IMG/VR virus record: IMGVR_UViG_3300031857_000175
Location: 1-62,241 of that record
DNA from: a virus
Taxonomy: Duplodnaviria; Caudoviricetes
Strand: one strand, 5' to 3'
DNA length: 62,241 bases
Positions 19,244-28,727 of this stretch are shown piece by piece. Under the pieces are notes generated by a model. It saw nothing but the letters and a program-made list of their open reading frames with translations, was not told where the DNA came from and made no database searches. Position numbers and translations under genes: made by a program. Positions within the stretch are counted from its first letter, which is position 1. Each line of letters opens with the position of its first letter.

Positions 19244-22200
19244 TTGAGCTCCATAGATCCGCCCGCCAACGTCGTAGAGCTTCACAGGCACGACCGCGAC
19301 AAGATCGTTCTCAGGAGCGAGATCTTGTCGATGCAGTGGTCGTCTGCGGTCAACCCTCCGCACGGGGGCGCATCGGTCGTACTAGCACTGCCTGTATCTA
19401 AGTTCGACGTGGCTATGCCGGGCGACTGGATGGTTATTCGAGACGGTCGGGGTCGAGCGGTTTTCTTTGGCCACGTCGTTAATGTCACCGACGGCTTGAC
19501 GATCGGGTCTAACAGCGCTGTCGTAACCGCACCGTTTACGATTCAAGCAGAGAGCTGGCTCGACATGCTTACGCGCGTCGAGGTCTTCTCGCCTGTCGCG
19601 GCTGCTCTTTCAGAAAGCGTTGGGACCCTTTTCACCGTGGGCGACTGGGCCCAAATTATTGAAAGAATTCACAACGGCAGGACCTTCGGCTATCACGGAG
19701 AGGCCTTACAAGAGTATTTTTACGAACTAGCTAAAATACAAATTCCGACCTCCCTAGGGGGAGGCGGGTCTCTGAGTCACCTAATCCCCGTGGTGTGGAA
19801 TAGGAAAACTCAGCTAGATCTATCCCCTGATATTGTGGTGGAGCCCATACCGACCGCCGGATCACTTCCGACGCACCTTTCATCATGGGGTACGCGAAGC
19901 AACGTCCACCAGCTGCTGCGCGGCATGTTTGTCCCGGAGCCTCGGCTCATCGAGATGTACCCGCACATGGCTCCTCTATATGAGGATCTGCCAGGTGAAA
20001 ATCTCGAAGAGATCAAGATGCTTCCGATAGGCTCCGAGGAAGAAGGTCAGGTACCCCTAGCCGCTCCCGAGGTGATGGGCGTAGACGGTACGGGAGGTTC
20101 TTGGCGAGCAGTTGGTAGCGGATCTCAGGTGAAGACAAAGATCGTCCGGCCAGCCAGGCCGACCTACCAAGCGAGTCCCTTGGCCATGTACCTCAGAGCC
20201 AGGCCGGTGCTCGTTTATCGAGTTAAGCCGTGGCGCACGCGCCCCCTCTATCAAAGCCTATTTTCAGCAGTAAATGAAGAAAGGCGGTATGTTTCTACTG
20301 AGATCAAGGTAGACTCTAAGAACCCAGACGATCCGAATATCGTGGACTTCAGGCAAGAGCAGATCTTGCGTGAGATGTTTACGCAAATTACTTGGGACAA
20401 AGAGTACTACACCATCGTACCGACTGGGCGCACGATTTCGATCGACAGGACAAGGTCCGACGCCGAGCGCGTGAACTCTTCCTTCATGCACCTCTCAGTG
20501 ATCGACATTCCGGTCATCGAAGAGGCGGGACTCCCGGTTAAAATCTCAAAGGAGATAACGCGCCACGGGCTTAGAAGCTCCAATCCGACTTGGCCGTTTA
20601 TTCTTCCACCGAGCGACACCGCCGGAGGCCAAGACTTCGTCTTGTACATGCGAGCCATCGCCGCGCAGATCATGCAGTTCTACCATCGCGGGCACGCCTT
20701 CGGGTCAGGAACCGTATCGATTGCGGGCGGAGGCTCGATTTCTCGTTACGACTACGACCCAGATACTGCTGACTTTCAGTTCCCTCTTCAGGCTGGAAGG
20801 CCATTCAACATCTCGCTTCCGGGAAAGCCGTACACTGGGTACGCCGACTCGGTAACCAATGTAGTTCAGGTCCAGGGCACGAAGATCGTGTCTGACATCA
20901 AGATCAACTACTCACGCGGCGTCTTTGGCGAAGACGAAGACTGGTTGCGCGACTCCATGATCCCGATCGTCGACATCGAAAGCATCGAGGCTTCCAGGAA
21001 GAAAGCCGAGCTCCGAGCGACGGCCTCTAAAAAGACCTTGGAAGAGCCAGAAGAGGTTAAAGCCTGCGACCAAGGCGCCCCTGTTCCAAGGGCCAACATC
21101 ACGTGGAAGCTAAAAGACCTGACCACCCCGCCTGAAGAGCCTTACACATCCGAGTATTTCCAGCCGGCGTGGTTGAAGTCTTGGGCCTTGTCTAGGGTCA
21201 CCGACTCGGCCACGGCGAAGTCCTTGGAAGATGCCTTCGCCGGCTCCTTAGGAGAGATACCGCAAGAATTTTGGCAATCTAATAGCGAGCCAGTGTACCA
21301 CAAGCAGAACTGCTGGTTCGTGGCTGCGTGTTGCTACGTTATAGAGCGCTATTGGCGACAGATCTTCCCTGAGGCTACGATAGCTATCTCGTCCTGGCTT
21401 AGGACCAAGGATAGCGATAAATATCACCGCTACAGTTCGGCTATCGACTTTACAGTCAATACTAACTTCTCAGACATTGCTTCAATAAATGAAGTGCGGA
21501 TCACAGCCGGAGAGCTGCCCCTCACGGAAGACTGGGCGAATTTTATCTGGCCAAGCAAGATACCTGTGTTTCAAGCGTACGGGGCACTGACTCAGCTTAT
21601 CAACGCAGGGCGGATACCCTTGGGCGGGCGAGGTATCTACATAAATGCGAACCCAGACAGTGGTGTGAAGGGTGTAAACCCAGACCAAGCCGGTTCCTCG
21701 TCGAGCTCTTCGGGGCCACCTGGTGGCTCAGGTGGAACTCACTACGATATTCGAGGAGCGTTTGGCGTTAAGATCAAGCAGGGCACTCCTCAAAGCCAGT
21801 GGTGGGTGTCCGTTGACTGGACGGGCGACGGAAAGGATGAGGTACAGTCTGGCAGTAAGTGGGAGTACCCTTCGCAGCGCACTGGCGCGGCAGCCCAAAC
21901 TCCACCCGCTGGACTTACACCCGATCAGCTCAGAACTTGGGTTGCAAACAACGCCAATCAGACTGAGGACTCTGATCAAGGGACTATCATCGATAGCCTC
22001 ACCAACGTTTGGCTATTTATAGCAGACCCACGTAAGGAGCTGAAGGCGCTCTACTTGGATAACGCACCCCAACCGTCGGACAAGCCGTCGCGGATTAAGG
22101 AGATGTATTATCAGCCCCACGCTGGCTCAAGTAAGCGAACTCGAGATTCATACCAAATTTTTGAAGAAGCACTTCGTGTATTACTTCGGGACAATATTAA

Positions 22201-23017
22201 GAACTACGTCCTGACGGCAAACAGGTCTGCCGGTAATCTGCAAGACGTGGCCCTGCCCTTGGTTTCCGGGTCGGTCCCTAACGTTCTTCAAGTTCTAGGA
22301 TACGAGGAGTCTTGCTTCTACAGCAATGAGTCCGTCGCGGCTGCTCCTTCGAAAACCACGCTGATAACTGGCAGCACCCCGAATACGCCAGCAACTGCAC
22401 CACCTGCCAGCACGGCCTTGCCAACAGACCCTTACGGAACGTTCAACAAGTCGGACGTCAGAGCTCCGCTTGTCATGGTGTTTGGCGGTGCCGCTGAGAC
22501 GACAGGTCTTCGCAGAGAAAGCGGCGTTTACATGTACGATTACGTCAGGCCAGCGCTCACTGCGCGCAACAACGTGTTCGTTGCTCATCGGGCAGCCGAG
22601 GGTAGGCGGCCTATCGACGGATTAGCCGCCGACAAGGCCTCGGTATCTCAGTGCGTTTTACCTCTTCCCTCCAAAGTTCTGTATCTGTTTTCCGGGGGGC
22701 AATGGCCTGGCCAGTCGATAGTTTCTGATCCCTATCAGCTATCCACGTACACCAAGGTCTACTTGGTTGATCCTTATCTGAAAAATTCTATCGATTTTTA
22801 CGTCAAAGAGATAAAGGACGACCCAAGTAAGTTTGTTTACTTCTATGTCCTGCCACCGGCCACTGGCACAGACCCAGAAAACGGCCTTACGAGGGCGCAG
22901 GTTCAGTCCATCATCGCCATTCCAGGTCTAGAGTCCATTCAGTGTAGCGACCACTTTGGGGCTAATACTGAAGCCGTGCAGCACATGCTCGACAACAACC
23001 ACGCCTACCGAGGTTAA
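19244..23017 (+). CDS. Baseplate hub/tail-associated lysin with M15-like peptidase and alpha/beta-hydrolase-like domains
   Basis: Hub-like N-terminus (SEILSMQWSS...PGDWMVIR...VFFGHVVNV) after the tape measure. SSWLR...HRYSSAID...GGRGIY...HYDIRG (LAS/M15 zinc ligands). C-terminal LVMVFGG...LFSGG...LVDP...DH. Confidence 0.7.
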   Translation: MSSIDPPANVVELHRHDRDKIVLRSEILSMQWSSAVNPPHGGASVVLALPVSKFDVAMPGDWMVIRDGRGRAVFFGHVVNVTDGLTIGSNSAVVTAPFTIQAESWLDMLTRVEVFSPVAAALSESVGTLFTVGDWAQIIERIHNGRTFGYHGEALQEYFYELAKIQIPTSLGGGGSLSHLIPVVWNRKTQLDLSPDIVVEPIPTAGSLPTHLSSWGTRSNVHQLLRGMFVPEPRLIEMYPHMAPLYEDLPGENLEEIKMLPIGSEEEGQVPLAAPEVMGVDGTGGSWRAVGSGSQVKTKIVRPARPTYQASPLAMYLRARPVLVYRVKPWRTRPLYQSLFSAVNEERRYVSTEIKVDSKNPDDPNIVDFRQEQILREMFTQITWDKEYYTIVPTGRTISIDRTRSDAERVNSSFMHLSVIDIPVIEEAGLPVKISKEITRHGLRSSNPTWPFILPPSDTAGGQDFVLYMRAIAAQIMQFYHRGHAFGSGTVSIAGGGSISRYDYDPDTADFQFPLQAGRPFNISLPGKPYTGYADSVTNVVQVQGTKIVSDIKINYSRGVFGEDEDWLRDSMIPIVDIESIEASRKKAELRATASKKTLEEPEEVKACDQGAPVPRANITWKLKDLTTPPEEPYTSEYFQPAWLKSWALSRVTDSATAKSLEDAFAGSLGEIPQEFWQSNSEPVYHKQNCWFVAACCYVIERYWRQIFPEATIAISSWLRTKDSDKYHRYSSAIDFTVNTNFSDIASINEVRITAGELPLTEDWANFIWPSKIPVFQAYGALTQLINAGRIPLGGRGIYINANPDSGVKGVNPDQAGSSSSSSGPPGGSGGTHYDIRGAFGVKIKQGTPQSQWWVSVDWTGDGKDEVQSGSKWEYPSQRTGAAAQTPPAGLTPDQLRTWVANNANQTEDSDQGTIIDSLTNVWLFIADPRKELKALYLDNAPQPSDKPSRIKEMYYQPHAGSSKRTRDSYQIFEEALRVLLRDNIKNYVLTANRSAGNLQDVALPLVSGSVPNVLQVLGYEESCFYSNESVAAAPSKTTLITGSTPNTPATAPPASTALPTDPYGTFNKSDVRAPLVMVFGGAAETTGLRRESGVYMYDYVRPALTARNNVFVAHRAAEGRRPIDGLAADKASVSQCVLPLPSKVLYLFSGGQWPGQSIVSDPYQLSTYTKVYLVDPYLKNSIDFYVKEIKDDPSKFVYFYVLPPATGTDPENGLTRAQVQSIIAIPGLESIQCSDHFGANTEAVQHMLDNNHAYRG

Positions 23018-23019
23018 AC

Positions 23020-23835
23020 GTGGCTATCTCAAAGAAGAGCATTAGGGAGAGCATCTTCCGGGGCGGCAGCGACGTCATGACCGTCACGAGGCTGTACACG
23101 CTCGAAGAAAAGCTCGTTTGCGATCTTCGTAGCGAGCTCAACGGTGACTTTTTCTTCCGAGTCCCCGTTCTCTCTAACTTGGGGTCCGTGATCGACGCGC
23201 CGGAGGTCCCGTGGCATACGACAAAGATACCATTTTCGGACCTCCCCCGAGTCTTGGTGACCTATCGCTCTTCTCGCGAGCAGGCTATGCCGCTGCCTGT
23301 GGTGGTAGGCGTAGTCTCGAATAAGGCGAGTAAGGTAGCTGAAACCAAGGCCGACACGGCCGCCACTCAGAGGCCTTCTGACCCGGGTGCGCTAGACGCG
23401 AGCTTGGCTACCGCAAAAGCCAAGGTGATTGCGCGCCACCTCGGAGGCGTTGACATCATATCTTCGACAGAGTTCGTAGCCAGGGCCCAGAAGATCTTTC
23501 TGTCCGCCGGCTTGGATAAGTACGCTAGCGTAACTTTGGCAGAGGAGCTTGCTGACTCACTGAAGCCGCTTTACGAAGCCGTTAACAGCCTCTTGGTTTT
23601 CGCGTCTGGGTTTCCTACCCAGCTTGATCTGATTACAGATGCCGAAGTCACCCCAGGCACGGAGTCAGCAACCCTTGAGTATGAAGTTAAGGGACTGAAG
23701 CCGACGATTCCGCCTGAGCCAGTCCTCAAGCAAATTAAGTACCCATTTACACCTTACGACGGTCCGTCCAGTATTAGTCAGCCTCCATCTACGGAATACG
23801 ATTCTCCCAATGTGAAGGCGTCCACCCGAGACTGA
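23020..23835 (+). CDS. Putative baseplate spike (gpV/gp45-like)
   Basis: Synteny after the hub. N-terminal OB-like beta pattern (FFRVPVL...VLVTY...PVVVGVV). Confidence 0.5.
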   Translation: MAISKKSIRESIFRGGSDVMTVTRLYTLEEKLVCDLRSELNGDFFFRVPVLSNLGSVIDAPEVPWHTTKIPFSDLPRVLVTYRSSREQAMPLPVVVGVVSNKASKVAETKADTAATQRPSDPGALDASLATAKAKVIARHLGGVDIISSTEFVARAQKIFLSAGLDKYASVTLAEELADSLKPLYEAVNSLLVFASGFPTQLDLITDAEVTPGTESATLEYEVKGLKPTIPPEPVLKQIKYPFTPYDGPSSISQPPSTEYDSPNVKASTRD

Positions 23836-23850
23836 TGATCGGAGGTTTGT

Positions 23851-25881
23851 GTGGCTACCCCACCTGCTACTGGGACCTCGGTTCCCTCTGCCATACCGGC
23901 AGCAGCGCCAGCATCTCCGCCTGTGATAAGCAAGAGCGAGTGGCCGGAGGGTTTCCCAGCCTACTCCAAGCACTCCTATATCCTTGAACTTTTCAAGGGC
24001 GCTGGTAAGGGGGCCGAGCTCGAAGACTCGGTTACGCTTCAGTACGTCACTCGCTTGCAAATGCAGGCGCCGCATTCGCTAGATCGCAAGTGGACCTTAA
24101 CTCGTGTCTACGAGCAGTCTTCCGCTATTCGAGAGCGCACCTTTTCCATCTCCGGTAGAAGCGGGGATCAGCCTCTGGATATCACTCGCTTCTTTAAGAT
24201 GCGTAACTTCATCGAGAAGTACACGAATCTTAAATCTAGACAGGAAAACGCTTACACTAACTCTAAGAAATATACCTTAAGAATTAGCTTCACTTGGGAA
24301 GCAGAGTCCTTTGAGGCCTCTATCTTGAACTTCTCTTATCAGAGAGAGGCAGGTAACACGACGAACTCCTATATTTGGAGCATGACGATTGCGACAAACA
24401 ACGTCATCTCGGGGGAGAAGTCACCCACGGAAAATCTTAAAGAGGGTGCAGTTGCCGCAGAGAAGACGGTCGAAGAAGTGGCTGAGAAGGTGGATACTCC
24501 TGCCGTCAACGCAGGGGCTACTGAAAGCTCTTCCACTGCAGGGGAGGCGTCTGACATCCTGTACTCAATTGTCTTTGATGCCAACGGCAACGTTGTCTAT
24601 AGAGGTGGGGCATCAGACAGATACGGAAAAGAGGACGGAGTTGGAAGAGCTATTTACGACAAAGCTGGAAATTTAGTTTACCTCTCAGGAAGAAGAAGCG
24701 CCGTTTGGCTTGGTCAGAGCGACAACGCTGAGCTGGCAAACGCAGTGTTAGCCTACGGCAGGACGATCCCACCTTCCCACGCTATAGCCATACCTTCTCC
24801 AAACTCTAGAGATGAGTATTACAGGAATTTGATGGCCACTGCTTCAAAAGCAATAAGGCCGTCATCCTCGGCACCCGGCGGGAGATCGGTATCAACGTCT
24901 TGGTTTGACGATCTGACTGCAGCTGTTCACGCTTTCGAAACTTCCTATGTGCATTACTCATCAAAGATAGCTTCGATGAGGCTTGAGGAAGTCTCTGCAT
25001 ACCGGCATTACATAACTCCGACCGTTTCAGCAGCCTCCTCGCTGTCGCTAGCTACCTCTGCACTCGTAGGCTCGGTCGTAGGGCTTCTCCCGAGCTGGAA
25101 GAGGTCCGCTCTGATGACAGTCGACGCCATTACTGCTGCCGGAGCGAGTCTCAAAAATGCGTGGGACGATTTAGGGCAGCTAACTAGCCCTACCTATTGG
25201 GAAAACCTATTGGGAGGAAGCTCTCGCACCAGAGGTAGGCAGTTCTCTGTTCTCATAAATAACGTAAGCCAGCGCGTGATCGCGCACCCAGCCCCCTCAG
25301 GAAATAGTGGAGGCGGCGGTACTGGCACGCAGGATGCCTATAACTTGGCCTTTATCTTCTTGGGCGACCGCGGTCGTTGGCTTGAGATAGCTGAGGCCAA
25401 TAGCATGCCGGACCCCTACACCAAGGCGGACGGAACTCCGCTTAAGGTCGGAGACACAGTCCTCATCCCAGATGAGGACAACGGAACCCCTGTAGGTATA
25501 AATCAGGACAGCCTCTTCGGCTCGGACCTGATGGTAAAAGACGGGGACCTCGTCATGAAAGGTACGGGTGGGCTCCGAACCGTTTCGGGCGAGGACAACC
25601 TAAACCAGAGCATTGCACATCGGCTCAAGACGGTTCGCGGGACCAATCGAGCCTTCCCTAGCTTTGGCTTACGCTCTTTCCTCAGCGAGAAACAGACATC
25701 TACACTCACCGCTCAGGTATGGAGTGAGATTCGAATTCAGTTGATAGCTGACAGGCGCATCAGCGACATGCTAAAAATCCTTATCGACGAGGAGCCCTCT
25801 GTTTACAAGGTATGGCTCTCGATGCGCCTAATCTCGAAGACCGGACTGTCTGCGCAGTTCGAGTACTCACCGGAGATCTGA
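23851..25881 (+). CDS. Baseplate protein: tube-initiator-like + LysM-like + gp25/sheath-initiator-like
   Basis: LysM-like AYNLAFIFLGDRGRWLEIAEAN...LKVGDTVLIP. gp25-like C-terminus FGSDL...TVSGEDNLNQSIAHRLKTVRG...FPSFG. Confidence 0.75.
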   Translation: MATPPATGTSVPSAIPAAAPASPPVISKSEWPEGFPAYSKHSYILELFKGAGKGAELEDSVTLQYVTRLQMQAPHSLDRKWTLTRVYEQSSAIRERTFSISGRSGDQPLDITRFFKMRNFIEKYTNLKSRQENAYTNSKKYTLRISFTWEAESFEASILNFSYQREAGNTTNSYIWSMTIATNNVISGEKSPTENLKEGAVAAEKTVEEVAEKVDTPAVNAGATESSSTAGEASDILYSIVFDANGNVVYRGGASDRYGKEDGVGRAIYDKAGNLVYLSGRRSAVWLGQSDNAELANAVLAYGRTIPPSHAIAIPSPNSRDEYYRNLMATASKAIRPSSSAPGGRSVSTSWFDDLTAAVHAFETSYVHYSSKIASMRLEEVSAYRHYITPTVSAASSLSLATSALVGSVVGLLPSWKRSALMTVDAITAAGASLKNAWDDLGQLTSPTYWENLLGGSSRTRGRQFSVLINNVSQRVIAHPAPSGNSGGGGTGTQDAYNLAFIFLGDRGRWLEIAEANSMPDPYTKADGTPLKVGDTVLIPDEDNGTPVGINQDSLFGSDLMVKDGDLVMKGTGGLRTVSGEDNLNQSIAHRLKTVRGTNRAFPSFGLRSFLSEKQTSTLTAQVWSEIRIQLIADRRISDMLKILIDEEPSVYKVWLSMRLISKTGLSAQFEYSPEI

Positions 25882-25882
25882 A

Positions 25883-27238
25883 ATGCCTTTCACACCCAGA
25901 ACACCGGACGAGATTCGACAGTCGCTCATCGCCTACTTCGTCAGCACCGGCGTGCTGACATCGATCGACGAGGGAGACGTCGCAGGAACTATTTTCGGTG
26001 CCTTTGGTACCGAAATCTCCGCGATCGAACACCGCTTGATGGACTTCATCAACGGCCACCTCCTTAACGTCAGCGGCGAGCTGCTGGATGATCGCGTAAA
26101 CCAGATACCGAACGTCCCCCCTCGTCGTGGTCAGCGCGCTAGCCGAGGCGGCTCTGTCACCCTGACGAAAGCCGAGGGCTACACGGCCTTGGTGTTTCCG
26201 CCGAGCTCGATTCGCATCTGTGACCCTAATCGCCCTGGGGTGTCCTACGTCAATCGCGATCAGATCAGTTTTTCCGAGACGGACATCGTCAAGGAAGACC
26301 TGTATTTTATCTGCACCACGCTCGGGGCCACGACCAACACGCCTATCGGTGTTGTCACCTACATCTTGGTCGGACCAGGTCTCGCATCCTGTACCAACAT
26401 CCAACCATTTACGGGCGGAGCAGACAGAGAGCCTGACGAGTTTTTGCGGCAGCGCGCCATAGCGATGATCCTCAGCTTGGCTAGAAGCCAGGCCAACGCC
26501 ATTGAGGGGCTCGCGCTCAACTTCACGGACTCCACTGGCGGGACGATTCTGCACGCTAGGGCCATCGAGTACGCTGACAATCACCGGGGCTATACCGAAG
26601 TTGTTGTTTCGGACGGTCAGGGATTGCCGGCGGCAACCCGACTAGCTAACCCAACGAGCGGGTACATCGCTGAGCTTCAGCCTGGGTCTAGGCAGACATT
26701 TTGGTTCGATGCGCCGGCTGCGGATCGACTTACGATCCGACTTACCGGGCCATTCATAGGCACCATCACGTCGACGACACCAACTGACTGGTGGATACCG
26801 ATCGAGGAAAAGGGCGTGGCTTGGACTCAGTCTCCACCCCCATCGTACATTACTCCCGGGGTGGCTTGGTCCATTTCAGGTCATCAGGTCTATCAAGGTT
26901 GGATCGCAGAATTTCAGGACTACGTGAACCGAACCTGCACTGCAGCGGGTACACGCGTTAGGGTCGTGAAACCAGAAATTCAGGTCGTCACCCTAACGGC
27001 TAACTGTATTGTTCAGACTGGCCTTTCGTTTCGAGAGGTCCACCTCGCAGTGAAGAACTTCATCATTGAGTTCTTCAATCGCTTGGCGCCAGGTCAGCCT
27101 GCCTTCATGCACAAGTTGCACGACTGGGTTGCTCAGGTTCCCGGGATCGTGAACGTTATTTTTGACCAACCAGATTTATACCCCGGCACGCAGCGGACCA
27201 AGCTTGTCGCCACGATCAACAGCGTCACCCTGAGGTAA
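25883..27238 (+). CDS. Baseplate J-like wedge protein
   Basis: RTPDEIRQSL...EGDVAGTI...SGELLD...FTGGADREPDEFLRQR...VPGIVNV. Confidence 0.9.
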   Translation: MPFTPRTPDEIRQSLIAYFVSTGVLTSIDEGDVAGTIFGAFGTEISAIEHRLMDFINGHLLNVSGELLDDRVNQIPNVPPRRGQRASRGGSVTLTKAEGYTALVFPPSSIRICDPNRPGVSYVNRDQISFSETDIVKEDLYFICTTLGATTNTPIGVVTYILVGPGLASCTNIQPFTGGADREPDEFLRQRAIAMILSLARSQANAIEGLALNFTDSTGGTILHARAIEYADNHRGYTEVVVSDGQGLPAATRLANPTSGYIAELQPGSRQTFWFDAPAADRLTIRLTGPFIGTITSTTPTDWWIPIEEKGVAWTQSPPPSYITPGVAWSISGHQVYQGWIAEFQDYVNRTCTAAGTRVRVVKPEIQVVTLTANCIVQTGLSFREVHLAVKNFIIEFFNRLAPGQPAFMHKLHDWVAQVPGIVNVIFDQPDLYPGTQRTKLVATINSVTLR

Positions 27239-27242
27239 TGAG

Positions 27243-28706
27243 ATGCCCACCGGAGACAAGGTTATTTTTCCGCTGATCAATCAGCGTGTCGACAAGAAAG
27301 ACATGGACGACATGATGGTTCTCCTCCAAGAGACCATCAGCCGCACGGTAGCGTCTCTCATTGGCGAGGGCGCGGGGGCTCTCACGGCGATCCCCAATAC
27401 TTGGGACTCTGGGGCAGACACAGTCACGTTTGGTGCCTGCATGCTGGCCTACAGTCGACCAAGGACGGGCAGCTCTGACGCCAACGCTTTCAATTTTCTC
27501 GAAGGCGGGGTCGTTATTCACGATCCCAACAGGCCTGCGCAGAACGGAAACTCCTACGTCACCTTGGGTGGACTCAACACGGGGCACTTCTGGTTCAAGC
27601 GAAACACTGTCGACGCTGACGTCGATAATCGCGCCCACTGGCCAGGCGCCAACAGCGGTGAAGTCGTCCAGAGCACTCCGACCAGAAATAGAGAGTACGT
27701 CAACTTTGCCGTAACCAGCTCTAGGAGTGGCGCCGCTTCGGTGAACGAAGCCACTGGTTGGGGAAGATTCGCCTATTTTCAGAAGCTCACCTTAGGCGGG
27801 GTAACGACTCTCCAAGTTGCCCCGCTGTCCGCTTTCGGGGACGACCGTGGTAGCGGTGGGACTGCTGAAAGCTTGATGGGTTTTTATGCTGATGCGTCTT
27901 CTAGGAAGTGGGGCCTCAACCGCCTTGCTCGCGACGTCATCAACACCATCCTTCAAATGAAGGACACCGACGTTACGACAGATGTCTCTTCCGGGGCGCT
28001 GACTGCAAACCCAAACAACACCATCTGGAAAAACCCGCCAGCCATCGGTTTGAGGCAGGCTAGTGCTCAGATCTCCACTCTTTTGCAACAGTTAGCTGCG
28101 GTTCAAGGACAGCTCACAACGCTGCAGCAGCAGCAGGCGCAGTTGATATCGTCTCTCGAATCTACACCTATCATCCTAGGGTTTATCTACGCTAGAGTAG
28201 AATTCGATCCGTATGAGTTGACTAACAGGTCTTATAATTACACGTTAACGGTAAACACTGGTACTAATTCCGCTGGAATTGGTAATAACTCTTTCTCCGC
28301 TTTTCTGTTAGACGACTTAATAATCCTAGAGCCCGTCGTTGGTAATAACGTTTACGCCCAGCTTGACATACAAATAAGGCCGAACACGGCTTTCATAGAT
28401 AATATTGTTGCCACCTCTTCGATGCGCCAAGATTGGGTAAACGATGGAGATTTGGATGACCCGCCGAGGCAAGTTATCGATCACAACACGCTACCAAGCA
28501 CGGTACTCATAAGTAGTATAAAGTTTCCGAAAGGGCCTAATACCCCCAGAGACCCCGGCGATATACCGGTTGGATTGTCCCCCCCACCGCTGTTCTCTTC
28601 AGACTTCATTCTTAGAGTTAAGATTTCAAGGCCGGACGGTAGCACGAGGCCCGACGCCTTCACTTTGGCAGTTTACGGCAGGAACGTCATCCCAGGTCTT
28701 GCTTAA
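27243..28706 (+). CDS. Baseplate/tail-fibre base protein with coiled coil
   Basis: After baseplate J. Heptad segment ISTLLQQLAAVQGQLTTLQQQQAQL followed by a beta-rich C-terminal domain. Confidence 0.5.
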   Translation: MPTGDKVIFPLINQRVDKKDMDDMMVLLQETISRTVASLIGEGAGALTAIPNTWDSGADTVTFGACMLAYSRPRTGSSDANAFNFLEGGVVIHDPNRPAQNGNSYVTLGGLNTGHFWFKRNTVDADVDNRAHWPGANSGEVVQSTPTRNREYVNFAVTSSRSGAASVNEATGWGRFAYFQKLTLGGVTTLQVAPLSAFGDDRGSGGTAESLMGFYADASSRKWGLNRLARDVINTILQMKDTDVTTDVSSGALTANPNNTIWKNPPAIGLRQASAQISTLLQQLAAVQGQLTTLQQQQAQLISSLESTPIILGFIYARVEFDPYELTNRSYNYTLTVNTGTNSAGIGNNSFSAFLLDDLIILEPVVGNNVYAQLDIQIRPNTAFIDNIVATSSMRQDWVNDGDLDDPPRQVIDHNTLPSTVLISSIKFPKGPNTPRDPGDIPVGLSPPPLFSSDFILRVKISRPDGSTRPDAFTLAVYGRNVIPGLA

Positions 28707-28727
28707 TTTTCTTCTTCGAGGTTCTAA

